The position numbers were made by a program, and so were the translations under genes. DNA of 64,000 nucleotides from Nitrososphaerota archaeon. Lineage in GTDB: Archaea; Thermoproteota; Nitrososphaeria_A; Caldarchaeales; Calditenuaceae. The DNA lies in NCBI GenBank assembly GCA_041641295.1, contig JBEPYO010000001.1:992001-1056000 (forward strand). Direction: 5' to 3'. This document shows positions 48,829-59,725 of this stretch, piece by piece. Under the pieces are notes generated by a model. It worked only from the letters and a program-made list of their open reading frames with translations. It was not told the DNA's origin and ran no database searches. Position 1 is the first letter of the stretch, and every line of letters starts with the position of its first letter.

Positions 48829-49740
48829 ATGAGGATCCTGAGCTCAGGATACTTCCTATCAGCATTCAACGCGCTGGTCTTCATCTTCCCCACCGTTATA
48901 TTCTACCCCGTACTCGCGACCTATCCGGCCTCGATAGTACTTCGTGGGTGGGGTTGGCGCTCTCTGAGGAGCAGGCTTGGCCCATTGGGTGTCCTCTACC
49001 CCGCGATATGGGGTCTCGGCGCCCTCACATATCTCGCACTAATCCTCTCGTTCCTCGAGATATTCAGGGAGGGCATCTGGGTTGCGCTAGCGGCGTGGGT
49101 GGTGTACTCCATCCTCGAGGCCTCTCTATACCTCAGGGCCGCGGGTAAGCTCAGGATTAGGCTACTGTATGCATCACCAGTCAGCTTGGCAGGTGTTAGT
49201 GCCATAGTGGCTTCCATAGTTATGATATGGGGCTCGTCCAAATTCCCAAGCGAGATAAGATACGGAGACCTTACACCACTGTTCTTCGGAGGGGCAGCAT
49301 GCCTCGTAGCATCAGCCTTGATAACCGCGGTAGCAGCCCTCCAGATAAGGGCTGAGAAACCGACTGGTGAGAGGGAGCTCGAGTCCCTACTGGTGACTCT
49401 GCCTCGATACTCGTCGGCCGCAGCCACCCAGTCGCCGCAGCCCACACAGCCCACAGCAAGGCCCAAAGGAGCACTCACTGCGGGTACTTCGCGCACAGCG
49501 CTAATAGGCTTGGAGGTTGTGAGCCGGAGCGACACACTGGTCTGTCTAAAATGTGGAGCTAGTGCACCTATAGGAGCGGTGAATTGTCCGGAGTGTGGTG
49601 AGAGGTTTAGGAAGGCCGCCTCAGGTCTAAGATGCCCTGTCTGTGAGGCGCCATTTTCAATCGCTAAACCCATCTCGGCGGGCCATTATGTCTGTGGACA
49701 ATGCTTCTCGGACATCAGGGTGGTGAGGCGCGCGTCTTGA
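48829..49740 (+). CDS. Membrane protein with C-terminal double Zn-ribbon
   Basis: Multiple TM segments, then CLKC/CPEC/CPVC/CGQC. Confidence 0.75.
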   Translation: MRILSSGYFLSAFNALVFIFPTVIFYPVLATYPASIVLRGWGWRSLRSRLGPLGVLYPAIWGLGALTYLALILSFLEIFREGIWVALAAWVVYSILEASLYLRAAGKLRIRLLYASPVSLAGVSAIVASIVMIWGSSKFPSEIRYGDLTPLFFGGAACLVASALITAVAALQIRAEKPTGERELESLLVTLPRYSSAAATQSPQPTQPTARPKGALTAGTSRTALIGLEVVSRSDTLVCLKCGASAPIGAVNCPECGERFRKAASGLRCPVCEAPFSIAKPISAGHYVCGQCFSDIRVVRRAS

Positions 49741-49759
49741 AAAAGCGTAACTCCCCTAT

Positions 49760-50236
49760 TTAACCAAGCTTCGTAATAGTGTCGAGGCTTGGTGGGTTGT
49801 TTACCGAGGCTGAAGCCAAAACCCTCCCCACGTCATCCAGTATCAGTATCACCCTCTCCCCCCTCCTTCTCTCATTATAATCCACATACCTCACCCTCAC
49901 TGAGCCGTGAACCGCGTCAACTATTGTAAGCCTGGCTCCTAACGAGGGAGCATAATGTAGCCCATGATTATTTGAAAGAGGCAACACTACATCCCAAACG
50001 CTCTCCACGCTGAAAACCCCCATGACCCGCCTCTTTCTACGCGCCTCCCACCTCAACCATATCGGGAGGGTGATCGTCGCGGGGAGTATGAGGATTGCTG
50101 CAAGGTATTTGTTGCCAGTGAAGATGTAGAGTGCTGCAGCGAGCAAGGGAAACAGAGTGAGCATCTCTACCGCAAGTATTCTCAGATATTTGTCGTGGAG
50201 GAGGAGCCTGTCAACATCACCGGCTACCGGTAGCAC
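49760..50236 (-). CDS. Hypothetical two-TM protein
   Basis: 158-aa ORF with two hydrophobic helices. Confidence 0.6.
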   Translation of the reverse strand: MLPVAGDVDRLLLHDKYLRILAVEMLTLFPLLAAALYIFTGNKYLAAILILPATITLPIWLRWEARRKRRVMGVFSVESVWDVVLPLSNNHGLHYAPSLGARLTIVDAVHGSVRVRYVDYNERRRGERVILILDDVGRVLASASVNNPPSLDTITKLG

Positions 50237-50279
50237 CTTGTGTAAACAGGTAAAAGGGTTGCTGTTAAGCGTTACCCAT

Positions 50280-51536
50280 CTATAAGATGATAGGTTCAGG
50301 TCCCGCCGGGTTTATGGCCTTGAAGCCTGTGTTCTCGTTTATCCAAGCTGCGAATGCCTCACAGGATTCTGGGTCGCCATGTATTGTTATTGCTACTCCT
50401 GAGTCCCCGCGTTTAGATATGTATTCTCTGAGCTCTGCTTGACCCGCGTGTGCTGAGAGCTTATACTGTACGACTTTAGCGGCTGCCTTGAGCTCCGAGC
50501 TATTAAACGCGAGTTTTCCCTCGGCCAGAAGCTTGGCGCCGGGTGTGTTAGGAGCTTGGAAGCTTACAAGCAGTATAGAGGATGCAGGGTCCTCCGCAAC
50601 TTTGGCGGCATAGTAGGCTGCAGGGCCGCCCTTCAGCATACCTGCCGGGCTGACCACCACTCCAGGCTCATCCAGCAGTCTCTCCCTATCCCTCTTACCT
50701 TTCACAATCCTGAGCTTCCGACTCGCCTTCGCCAAGAGGTCTACCCCGTCCACATAGGTCTCATCCTCGATGTAGAGTTCGAGAAGCTGCCTGGCCATGC
50801 CATCAATCCATACGGGCTCCTTGAAGCCATGGGCATAGAGTATGCAGGCCACCTCCTGTGCCCTGGCCACGGCAAAGGATGGCACTACTACCACACCGCC
50901 CTGGTTCACAGTCTCCCTCGCCACCTCTACGACCCTATCCTCCAGCGTCCTCCGAGGCAGATGGGCCTCACGCGCATATGTTGACTCGGTGATGACCACG
51001 TCGAACCCGGTGCCCGGGTCGTCGCAGCCATCGAGCAGCCTCGTCTTCACTGACGTGAAGTCGCCGGTATAGAGGAGCGTCTTATCTGCATTAACTATTA
51101 TCTGCGCGCTTCCAGGAATGTGGCCGGCGTCGACGAACTCGATCTCAGCGTCCTTAACCCTAAACCTCTCACCATACCTCACCCTCTGAACAGTCCTGAC
51201 GAACTTTGTGACCTCTGAGCCTGCGAAGGGGAGATAGTAGCCGCTGAGCTTCAACATGTCCTTCAGCAGAATCTCGGCCTGTCTGACTGTTGACTCGGTC
51301 GCATAGATTTTGGGCGTGGTGCTGACTAGCAGGAGTGGGGCTGCGCCCACGTGGTCTAGGTGGGCGTGGGATATCAGTACGGCGTCCAAGTCCTTGGGCG
51401 AGACGTGGCCGGGCAGAATTACCCGGTCATCTATCCTGACACCATAGTCTAACAATATTCTGGCCCCGCCAGCCGTCTTCACCAGTATGGCCGATCTTCC
51501 GACCTCCCTAGCCCCGCCTAAAACCTTAATCTCTAT
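50280..51536 (-). CDS. Beta-CASP metallo-beta-lactamase ribonuclease (archaeal CPSF-like, no KH domains; probable ATA start)
   Basis: Frame extends upstream of track start to IEIKVLGGAREVGRSAILV; SHAHLDH, AGHIPGS, YTGD, ESTY, SAH. Confidence 0.88.
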   Translation of the reverse strand: MEIKVLGGAREVGRSAILVKTAGGARILLDYGVRIDDRVILPGHVSPKDLDAVLISHAHLDHVGAAPLLLVSTTPKIYATESTVRQAEILLKDMLKLSGYYLPFAGSEVTKFVRTVQRVRYGERFRVKDAEIEFVDAGHIPGSAQIIVNADKTLLYTGDFTSVKTRLLDGCDDPGTGFDVVITESTYAREAHLPRRTLEDRVVEVARETVNQGGVVVVPSFAVARAQEVACILYAHGFKEPVWIDGMARQLLELYIEDETYVDGVDLLAKASRKLRIVKGKRDRERLLDEPGVVVSPAGMLKGGPAAYYAAKVAEDPASSILLVSFQAPNTPGAKLLAEGKLAFNSSELKAAAKVVQYKLSAHAGQAELREYISKRGDSGVAITIHGDPESCEAFAAWINENTGFKAINPAGPEPIIL

Positions 51537-51689
51537 AGCCCATCACCATCTCTTCTATTCACTTTTCTTAACCCACTATTCTGACCTCCTATATGGGGAA
51601 GCAACGTTATATACCTACTCTGAGGCCTCGGGCAGCGGCGTAGGTCATGATTTTTAACTGCGGGTTTAGGGTGCGTTCTGAGGTGTGGC

Positions 51690-52694
51690 ATGCTTAGGGC
51701 TGCGATCTATGCGGGCCACTCGGCCATCCAGCTCTCGCTAGGCCTCAGGGAGGAGGGGGTTGAGGTGGCGATCTTCGGGCCGCAGGACAGGCTGAGACTC
51801 TACTCTAGGTTTCCTACAATAAGGGCGAGGCTACTCAACTACGAGGGCCCTTCACTACTTGACAAGCTGGCCGATGAGGGCTACTTCTTGATCCTCACAG
51901 GCGGATCGGTAGAGTACCTGACGCCGAAGGTGGTTGAAGAGGCGAGGATTCCGGTGTTCGGTCTCAGGGGTCTGGTGAGGTGGGAGGCTGATTGGCGGTT
52001 AAAGATCCGCCTCTTGGAGGAGGCCGGGATTCCTGTCCCACGTATATTTAGAAGCATCGAGGAGGTTGATGGCCTAGTAATTGCGAAGCTTCCCGGAGCT
52101 AAGGGTGGGCGCGGTTATCTAGTAACGCGAAGCCCCGAGGAGATTAGGAGCTGGCTGGAAAGGGTAATCCTCCAAGGCCTCATCGCCAGCCCAGACGAGG
52201 TCTTCCTCCAAGAATACATAGTCGGCACCACGATGTATGCCCACTACTTCCAGAGCCCCATAATGGATAGGCTGGAGTTGACCGGCTTCGACATAAGGTA
52301 TGAATCCAATGCCGATGGGCTTAGGCGTCTATCCCCGCGGAATATAGGGGACTTGAGGGAGGGGTTTGTGGTGACCGGAAATCTGCAGGTTTATCCTAGG
52401 GAGAGGCTTCTCGAGGACTTTATCCAGCTGGGCGAGAAGTTTGTCGAGGCCACCAAAAGGCTGATACCCCCTGGTGTGATAGGGCCTTTCTGTCTCGAAA
52501 CCGTCGTTACCGAGGATTTGAAACCCATCGTCTTCGAGTTTTCAGGGAGGATAGTTGCTGGGACAAACGTATACTTGGGCGGAAGCCCCTATCTCGCATT
52601 GTACTGGGGGCGCGAGATGACTGTGGGGAGGAGGATAGCTCTAGAGGTTAAGATGGCGGAGGAGCAGGGTAGGCTCGGGGAGGTGCTGACATAG
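51690..52694 (+). CDS. PurP-like ATP-grasp protein
   Basis: [33 protein letters not shown]. Confidence 0.88.
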   Translation: MLRAAIYAGHSAIQLSLGLREEGVEVAIFGPQDRLRLYSRFPTIRARLLNYEGPSLLDKLADEGYFLILTGGSVEYLTPKVVEEARIPVFGLRGLVRWEADWRLKIRLLEEAGIPVPRIFRSIEEVDGLVIAKLPGAKGGRGYLVTRSPEEIRSWLERVILQGLIASPDEVFLQEYIVGTTMYAHYFQSPIMDRLELTGFDIRYESNADGLRRLSPRNIGDLREGFVVTGNLQVYPRERLLEDFIQLGEKFVEATKRLIPPGVIGPFCLETVVTEDLKPIVFEFSGRIVAGTNVYLGGSPYLALYWGREMTVGRRIALEVKMAEEQGRLGEVLT

Positions 52695-52696
52695 CC

Positions 52697-53749
52697 TTGA
52701 AGCTGAGCATCGCATGCATTGCAAGCCACTCAGCCCTCGACGTATTTGACGGAGCGAAGGATGAGGGCTTCCCCACAATAGCCATCTGTAGGAAGGGCAG
52801 GGAACGTATCTATGCAGCCGCCCGTGAGACGGTCGACAAGTGCATAGTCCTTGACAACTACAGAGACGTTATCGACCCGCAGATCCAGGAGAAGCTGATG
52901 GATGAGGGCTCGATAATCGTGCCTAACAGGAGCATGGCGGTCTACGTGGGCTACGACGAGATCGAGAAGGAGCTCAGAGTCCCCATCTTCGGAAACAAGC
53001 GGATGCTCAGGTGGGAGGAGCGTACAGGTGAGAAGAACTACTACAGGCTGCTGGATGAGGCCGGAATCAGGCACCCCTCTGTTTGGAGCATAGACGAGGT
53101 CGCGGGGCCTGTCCTCCTCAAGGTCCAAGAGGCTGGGAGGCCCCAGGAGAGGGCATTCATATTTGCATCGGGGCGTGACGATCTCTACGCAAAGATTGAC
53201 GAGGCCCTCAAGAGGGGGATAATCTCGGAGGAGCAGCTGAAGAAGAGCGTGGCTGAAGAGCTCATAATAGGTGCCCACTTCAACATCAACTATTTCTACA
53301 GCGTAGCTAGGCAGAGGCTCGAGATACTAAGCGTCGATAGGCGGATCCAGAGCAACCTCGACGGGATACTTCACCTGCCCGCCAAGCAGCAGATGGAAAT
53401 AAACCCACAGATAAGCATGGTCGAGGTCGGGCACATACCCGTCACCCTCAGGGAAAGCCTTCTAGAGGAGGCGTACAGCATCGGTGAGAGGTTCGTGGCC
53501 GCGACAAGGAGGTTGGAGCCGCCTGGAATAATAGGCCCCTTCACCCTACAGACACTAGTCACGCCAGAGCTCCAGCTAGTCGTCTACGACGTTGCACCAC
53601 GCATAGGCGGGGGAACAAACGCCCACATGGCAATAGGAGGACAATACTCGAAGCTATTCCTCAGAAAACCAGTCTCACTGGGAAGAAGGATAGCCATAGA
53701 GATCAGGGAGATGAGCAATGAGGGAAGAACAGACGAGATAACAACCTGA
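52697..53749 (+). CDS. purP: FAICAR synthetase family ATP-grasp protein (second PurP paralog)
   Basis: ASHSALD, VPNRS, DRRIQSNLDG, DVAPRIGGGTN. Confidence 0.88.
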   Translation: MKLSIACIASHSALDVFDGAKDEGFPTIAICRKGRERIYAAARETVDKCIVLDNYRDVIDPQIQEKLMDEGSIIVPNRSMAVYVGYDEIEKELRVPIFGNKRMLRWEERTGEKNYYRLLDEAGIRHPSVWSIDEVAGPVLLKVQEAGRPQERAFIFASGRDDLYAKIDEALKRGIISEEQLKKSVAEELIIGAHFNINYFYSVARQRLEILSVDRRIQSNLDGILHLPAKQQMEINPQISMVEVGHIPVTLRESLLEEAYSIGERFVAATRRLEPPGIIGPFTLQTLVTPELQLVVYDVAPRIGGGTNAHMAIGGQYSKLFLRKPVSLGRRIAIEIREMSNEGRTDEITT

Positions 53750-53886
53750 ACACACAAATACTCAATAGAGAAGCCAGACAGATCCAAACACGCAGAACCA
53801 GCTCTAAACGTTAAACGGTTTTGGGTATTGATGGGCTATAATTTAAATACTTTTTTAGAAAAGTTTATTACCCATTCTCGTACGGC

Positions 53887-55095
53887 TTGAATGAGCCATC
53901 TTTGACCAATAGCGGCTCGCCAAACTCGGGGAGAGCCTTTAGGTATGTGTTTGCAGGTGTTCTGACATTCGTGGCATCCCTCACGATAGGTAACACCCCA
54001 TACCTGTTTTTCGGATATGGCATCAGCCCCCTTGGATTGCTGACAACCGGCCTCCTACTCAACCCACTGCCAGCAACCGTGATCGTCTTCGTGTCCACCA
54101 CGGCCGCCATGTCTCTTATGGCTCTGACGCGTTCAGCTTTCACACTGGTTGTAGTTGCTTTCGTCCTCCTCAGGACAGTGCAGGCCTACATTCTTTCGAG
54201 ACTTAAGCGACGGATTGGTGTAGCTGGGGCTTCAGTCATGACCGTACTTATTGGGACCGTCATAGCCACGCTCCTCGGCTTAGCATACTATGGAGAGGGC
54301 GCCATTGCAGTCACTATGACCTTCTTTGAGAGCATCTTCATCTTCCCAGCATACGTGTTGGTGAGGTCGATCAGCTTAAGGAGGCAGGGGTCTCTCCTCC
54401 TAGGAGGCGCCACGTTGCTGTCTACATTTGGTATATTCCTCTCGGCAAGCCCGTTCTGGACTCCTCTCCCCGCCGCTGTCAGCACAATAGTGTTTATGGT
54501 CTCCTCCATTCTAATTCTGCGGGGAGGGGCCTCAAGGATAATCTCTGTAGCCGTACTAGCTTTTGCTCTACTAGCGGTACCAGCTTCATTCACAAGCGAC
54601 ACTACATCCTTCTCCTACAACATGCGAAACACCTTCTACCCCCTATACCCCGACTCTCTTTCCGCATCGCAGTGGATCCAAACCAACTCGTCAGCGTCAT
54701 GCCTACAGGGGAATATAGCTGGTGCTGGGACCGTTGAAAGCGGCGTCTGGGGGCCTGAGAGACTGAGGGTCTTGAACACCTGCGTTACAATAAGCGGAAC
54801 AGTCGAGGGGGTAGCACCCACATATGGACCCGCATACGACGGCGACTTCATAATAGATGTCAGGCTCGACCCACAATACGAGCACATGCTATCTCTCGGC
54901 AGCATCATTCTCAGGAATGGCCTCATGCACGTCGAAGTTGTGCCGTCACAGCAGCCTATGTTAGCAGACAAGCTTTCAACCATTAAACCGGGAGACAGGG
55001 TCATCGTCACAGGTGCGTTTGTGATCGACACTGACCACGGCTTCTGGTCGGAGATTCATCCTACATGGGCCATCTCAATCATTCCTTCGGCATAG
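53887..55095 (+). CDS. Multi-TM membrane protein with extracellular OB-fold-like C-terminal domain
   Basis: About 8 TM segments, then DGD...HVEVVP...PGDRV...WSEIHP domain. Confidence 0.7.
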   Translation: MNEPSLTNSGSPNSGRAFRYVFAGVLTFVASLTIGNTPYLFFGYGISPLGLLTTGLLLNPLPATVIVFVSTTAAMSLMALTRSAFTLVVVAFVLLRTVQAYILSRLKRRIGVAGASVMTVLIGTVIATLLGLAYYGEGAIAVTMTFFESIFIFPAYVLVRSISLRRQGSLLLGGATLLSTFGIFLSASPFWTPLPAAVSTIVFMVSSILILRGGASRIISVAVLAFALLAVPASFTSDTTSFSYNMRNTFYPLYPDSLSASQWIQTNSSASCLQGNIAGAGTVESGVWGPERLRVLNTCVTISGTVEGVAPTYGPAYDGDFIIDVRLDPQYEHMLSLGSIILRNGLMHVEVVPSQQPMLADKLSTIKPGDRVIVTGAFVIDTDHGFWSEIHPTWAISIIPSA

Positions 55096-55189
55096 TCCAA
55101 GTATGGGTACCCACATTTGATTGAGACGTAGATGAGATTGCAACGGGAACGCATATATTCTGTGTAAGCACTAGCTTGGCTGATAAGGT

Positions 55190-56323
55190 ATGCCTTGGGC
55201 TAAAGGTCCTCAGGCCAGAACACAGCAGCTCGAGAACCTCCTTAGGAATAAGGGACTTGACGGAGCAGTTATCTCGGGAAAGAAAGAGGTCTACTATTTC
55301 ACAGGATTCATAACCACTAGGCTCATACTGCCAACCTACCTCTTCCTACGGGTGGGCCGCGAGCCAGTCTTACTCACAGGCTCTACGGATAAGGGAATAG
55401 CCTCAGCAAGCTTTGGAGGAGACATAGTGACTTTTGAGAACTATAAACTTGAGGAGCGAATGATAGCGTACCCGGGCTATGTTGCTATGGAGGCTGAAAG
55501 GCTTATCAGAGAATATTTCTCAGGGGTCAGGAGAATAGGAGCTGATGCGTGGAATCTGCCTTATTCACTCTACCAAGCCCTTGTGCGAGGGATGGGTAGT
55601 GTCGAGTTGATAGATATATCGCAGGACATATTGGCCATGAGGGCGATCAAACACCAAGACGAGCTCGAGCTAATCCAGAAGAGCTGCGAGCTCGCAGACA
55701 GGGCGTATAACATGGCCAAAACCCTAGTCACGCCTGGGAGGACAGAGGTGGAGGTCTATAGCGAGATACACAAGGAACTCAGCAGGATAGTGGGGACGTT
55801 CCAGTACTTCGCAGGCGACTTCGTCTCAGGAGAGAGGACGGTAAATATTGGAGGTCCACCTACTCCGCGAACCATCAGGGAGGGAGAGCCCTTCATCTTC
55901 GACCTATGGGTAACAACCAAGGAATACTGGTCCGATACATGTAGGACGTATGTGGTGGGCGGTAGGCCGAGCGAGGGGTTGAAGAGGCTTCACTCGATAG
56001 TTATGCGGGCTCTTGAGAGGGGGATGGAGAAGCTTAAGCCCGGAATGTCTGGGGCCCAGATCTACAGCACAATCCGCGAGACGTTCAAGGAGGCGGGCTA
56101 CGCTGAATACTTCCCCCACCACGCGGGTCATGGAATTGGGCTGGACGGGCAGGAGCCGCCATTCTTCATACCTGGGTCCACTGATACCCTGAAAGCTGGA
56201 ATGGTTGTTACACTGGAGCCCGGCCTCTATGTCCCAGGTGTTGGGGGAGTCAGGGTGGAGAACAACTTCTTGGTGACTGAGGAGGGGCCGAAAATACTGA
56301 CTTTTGCGCCGACCGATCTGTGA
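55190..56323 (+). CDS. Xaa-Pro peptidase (M24) family protein
   Basis: FD...SDTCRT, HHAGHGIG, TLEPGLY, VRVE. Confidence 0.88.
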   Translation: MPWAKGPQARTQQLENLLRNKGLDGAVISGKKEVYYFTGFITTRLILPTYLFLRVGREPVLLTGSTDKGIASASFGGDIVTFENYKLEERMIAYPGYVAMEAERLIREYFSGVRRIGADAWNLPYSLYQALVRGMGSVELIDISQDILAMRAIKHQDELELIQKSCELADRAYNMAKTLVTPGRTEVEVYSEIHKELSRIVGTFQYFAGDFVSGERTVNIGGPPTPRTIREGEPFIFDLWVTTKEYWSDTCRTYVVGGRPSEGLKRLHSIVMRALERGMEKLKPGMSGAQIYSTIRETFKEAGYAEYFPHHAGHGIGLDGQEPPFFIPGSTDTLKAGMVVTLEPGLYVPGVGGVRVENNFLVTEEGPKILTFAPTDL

Positions 56324-56331
56324 AAAGACAG

Positions 56332-58371
56332 TTACCCACTCTTTCCGCTTATCTCCTTGAGTAGTGTCTCGTAGGCGGATTTCACCTCTTCGACCGCAGC
56401 CTCGTCCTCGAGCGTGGTAATATCTCCTATCGGCTGACCGGTTGCTAGCGCCTTCATTATACGCCTCATAATCTTTCCGCTACGGGTCTTCGGTAGTCTA
56501 CTGACGATAAAGATGCTCTTCGGCTCAGCTATGGCCCCTATACGCTCCCGAACCCACTTCCTCAACTCATCTTGGACAATCTTTGCCGACGATGGAGCAT
56601 CAGCCTTAAGGACGACATAGGCGATGGGTACCTCGCCCTTCACATCGTCGGGAACGCCGCACACGGCCGCCTCGGCGACATACGGATGAGAGACCAGGGC
56701 TGACTCTAGCTCGTAGGTGCCGATCCTGTGCCCGGCTACTTTCAGCACTTCGTCAGACCTTCCTAGAACCCAGATGTATCCGTCACTGTCTCTGATGGCG
56801 TAGTCGCCTGTGAAGAAGTAGCCGAACCTCGAGAAATAGACTGAATTGTACCTTTCAGGGTCGCCGTACATGCCTGTCGGCGGGCCTGGCATTCCGGGCC
56901 AGGGTCTCTTAATTATCAAGTACCCCTTCACGCCGTTTGGAACAGGTTTGCCGTTTTCATCGACGACCTCAGCCTCGATTCCCGGGAGTGGTGGCCCGTT
57001 GGTCCCAGCCTTAAGCGGGACAAGCTTCAGGCCGGGGGCATGGGAGATAAGTATTCCACCCGTCTCCGTCATCCACCAAGTGCTTCCGACAGGGCATCTA
57101 CCACCCCCAATCAGCTCGAATAGCCACCTCCAAGCGGCCGGGTTAATCGGCTCGCCCACACTATGTATCAGCCTTAAGGTGGAGAGGTCGTGCTTGGTTA
57201 CGTGCTCTGTACCCAGTCTCATGAACGCCCTTACAGCAGTTGGTGAAGTGTAGAAGATGGTGACACCGTACCTCTCGATGATGCTCCACCACCGGTCTGG
57301 TGCAGGATAGTCGGGGGCACCTTCATACATAACCACCGTGGCCCCCGCCATCAAGGGGCCGTAGACTATGTAGGAGTGGCCGGTAACCCACCCTATGTCG
57401 GCTGTGCACCAGTAAATGTCCTCATCCCTTATGTCGAAGACCCACTTCATGGTTGCGTGGAGGAGGACCGCGTATCCTCCTGTGTCGTGGATTATTCCTT
57501 TGGGCTTGCCGGTGGTGCCTGAAGTGTATAACACGTAAAGTATGTCTGTACTCTCCATCTCCTCGGGCTTGACATAGGTATTAGGCTTTACGTCCTTGAG
57601 GAGGTCATCCAGATATACATGCCTCTCCGGATTGACTGGGGTCTCAGTATTTCCTACTCGGCGCACCAATATTATCTTCTCAACTGTCGGGCACTCTACC
57701 ACCGCCTTATCGGCGATCTCCTTTGTCCTAACTATTTTCCCTCTCCTATAGTATCCGTCGGTCGTGAAGACATATCTGGCTCCCAAGTCGCTAATCCTCG
57801 ATGCTAGGGCCTCTGCGCTGAAACCGCTGAAGACCTGAGTAAACACGACACCTATACGTGATGCAGCGAGCATCAAGATGGGCAGCTCAGGTATCATGGG
57901 CATGTAGAACGCTACCCTATCACCCCTCTTCAGGTGGAGTTTCTCCTTCATGACATAGGCGACGCGATTCACATACCTCCAGAGGTCGTAGTAGGTGAAG
58001 ATCTTAGTCTCGAGCGGCTCTCCATCATCCTTGACAGGCTCACCCTCCCAGATGAGGGCGACCTTATTCTTCCTCCAAGACTTTACATGACGGTCCAAGC
58101 AGAGATAGGACAGGTTGAGGCGGCCGCCAACAAACCATTTATAGACATTCGGATAATCTCCCCGCTCGACAACCTTCTCAAAGTTCTTGAACCACTCAAG
58201 CTCTCTCGCCACTCCAGCCCAGAACTCTTCAAACCTTTCAAGACTCTCCCTGTGGAAGGAGTGGTAATCGCTTATCGAGACCTGTCTATGCACCCAATTA
58301 TCCAGCGTTATTCTTTCCTCGAAGTTTAGCGCCTCACGTATAGATTCCGATTGACCCATGGGTCGTCTCAA
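56332..58371 (-). CDS. acs: Acetyl-CoA synthetase (AMP-forming)
   Basis: YTSGTTGKPKG, GWVTGHSY, TWWMTETG, LPKTRSGKIMRR. Confidence 0.95.
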   Translation of the reverse strand: MRRPMGQSESIREALNFEERITLDNWVHRQVSISDYHSFHRESLERFEEFWAGVARELEWFKNFEKVVERGDYPNVYKWFVGGRLNLSYLCLDRHVKSWRKNKVALIWEGEPVKDDGEPLETKIFTYYDLWRYVNRVAYVMKEKLHLKRGDRVAFYMPMIPELPILMLAASRIGVVFTQVFSGFSAEALASRISDLGARYVFTTDGYYRRGKIVRTKEIADKAVVECPTVEKIILVRRVGNTETPVNPERHVYLDDLLKDVKPNTYVKPEEMESTDILYVLYTSGTTGKPKGIIHDTGGYAVLLHATMKWVFDIRDEDIYWCTADIGWVTGHSYIVYGPLMAGATVVMYEGAPDYPAPDRWWSIIERYGVTIFYTSPTAVRAFMRLGTEHVTKHDLSTLRLIHSVGEPINPAAWRWLFELIGGGRCPVGSTWWMTETGGILISHAPGLKLVPLKAGTNGPPLPGIEAEVVDENGKPVPNGVKGYLIIKRPWPGMPGPPTGMYGDPERYNSVYFSRFGYFFTGDYAIRDSDGYIWVLGRSDEVLKVAGHRIGTYELESALVSHPYVAEAAVCGVPDDVKGEVPIAYVVLKADAPSSAKIVQDELRKWVRERIGAIAEPKSIFIVSRLPKTRSGKIMRRIMKALATGQPIGDITTLEDEAAVEEVKSAYETLLKEISGKSG

Positions 58372-58487
58372 GCTTATAGGTAATTTGCCTCATTAATAAA
58401 CTTCGGTTAGAGTATATCAATACTTTTCATTAAATTGTTTAAAATAATCTACATTTTCATCACATCTTACTAATATTACATGAGTTT

Positions 58488-58868
58488 TTATAACAGTCTC
58501 AAGTGTCGAGTCATTTTGTCAACTAAGGGTTCGGGTGCCGGTCCGACCGCGAGAGCCGTAATGGTTCCCGGCTCAACCTGAGTTAAGCCCGCGTCCTCTA
58601 TCAGGGCTGTTGGTAATCCTTCCTCCTCTACTCTCAGTTTAATTGCTAGGAGTTCTTCTAGGTTTGCAACTGAAACGACGACTTTTTTCTGCCCACTTTC
58701 TAGCCATCTTGCGGCCCACTCGGGTTTGAGCCTTGCGGCTTCGAGATAGGCTGTGAGGGAGGCGTGGGCAACTTGGGCTGCCAGTTTTCCGCGGCCAAGC
58801 CTCAAATCCCGCCTGACTATGATAACCTGCTTAAACGCCTCACCACTTGGCACTGTCTCTTCTGCCAT
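58488..58868 (-). CDS. pth2: Peptidyl-tRNA hydrolase Pth2
   Basis: GKLAAQVAHA, GQKKVV, DAGLTQ. Confidence 0.95.
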   Translation of the reverse strand: MAEETVPSGEAFKQVIIVRRDLRLGRGKLAAQVAHASLTAYLEAARLKPEWAARWLESGQKKVVVSVANLEELLAIKLRVEEEGLPTALIEDAGLTQVEPGTITALAVGPAPEPLVDKMTRHLRLL

Positions 58869-58876
58869 ACCCGTCT

Positions 58877-59725
58877 TTATGAGGGATTGACGACCCTCTT
58901 AACCACTATGTTTTTTCCGTGTCTTGATAGTGCGGCTGAGACGGGCTTGATGTATTCTTGGGTGGTTATGGCTGCTATTGCTGGTCCCGTTCCAGTGACT
59001 CCGGCTCCCAGGGCTCCTGCTGACAGTGCGTCTATCATCGGCTGGATTGGCAGGTTTAGGGCCGCCGCGTGGAGTAGGCCATTGAGTGTCATTGCCTTCC
59101 AGTAGTCGCCGCGTTCTGCTATCTTGAACGCCTCCATGACCAAGTCTTTGATAGGTGTTAGGAGCTCCCTCCGGAATCCTCTGGTGTATGTTCTCTGCTC
59201 CGGTATGAGGATTACGGCCGAGAGGCCTTGGTCTACTGACTCGTGCCTAAGTATCTTTCTACCATAGTTGTCTGTGAGAACTACGCCGCCGAGCATGCAT
59301 GCGGCCGCGTCGTCGATCGCCCCCGTTATTGATACGCCCGACCTCTGAGAGGCCTCCGCTACTGCTGCGAGGAATAAATCGTCGTCCACTTTCTCGCCCA
59401 GGGCGTCCAGAACTGCTAGGCCCACAGCCACTGCCGCAGAGCTCGAGCTCTTCAAACCAACCGCAATAGGAATATCTGACTGGGTTGTGACCCTGAATCC
59501 CAAGCCCTTGACCCCTACAAGCTCCGACACAGCCCTAACAACCTCTTTGACGAGCGAGTCGTCGCCGACGGTGTCCTTGTTAACAAGCACGGTCTCGCCT
59601 CCCTCAACCACCTCGACAACTGCCCGCGTGTAGAAGTCTACACCCAACGCTCCGCCAAACCCTGTGGAGATTGCATTAATTATTGAGACAGCGCCGTGGG
59701 CCTCGCCTACACCTCTCCTAGCCAA
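58877..59725 (-). CDS. aroK: Archaeal GHMP-family shikimate kinase
   Basis: GAVSIINA, GLKSSS, SITGAIDD, GVTGTGP; TTG 59725 preferred as start. Confidence 0.92.
   Translation of the reverse strand: MARRGVGEAHGAVSIINAISTGFGGALGVDFYTRAVVEVVEGGETVLVNKDTVGDDSLVKEVVRAVSELVGVKGLGFRVTTQSDIPIAVGLKSSSSAAVAVGLAVLDALGEKVDDDLFLAAVAEASQRSGVSITGAIDDAAACMLGGVVLTDNYGRKILRHESVDQGLSAVILIPEQRTYTRGFRRELLTPIKDLVMEAFKIAERGDYWKAMTLNGLLHAAALNLPIQPMIDALSAGALGAGVTGTGPAIAAITTQEYIKPVSAALSRHGKNIVVKRVVNPS

Noticed and set aside
48996-49673. Long antisense ORFs in the track (also 29934..30506, 52730..53278, 43316..43816, 10978..11415)
   Set aside because: They shadow well-supported genes on the opposite strand and have no recognisable motifs.
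51690-53749. Tandem purP paralogs (also the DUF131 pair at 39527-40070)
   Set aside because: Both pairings are common in archaea.
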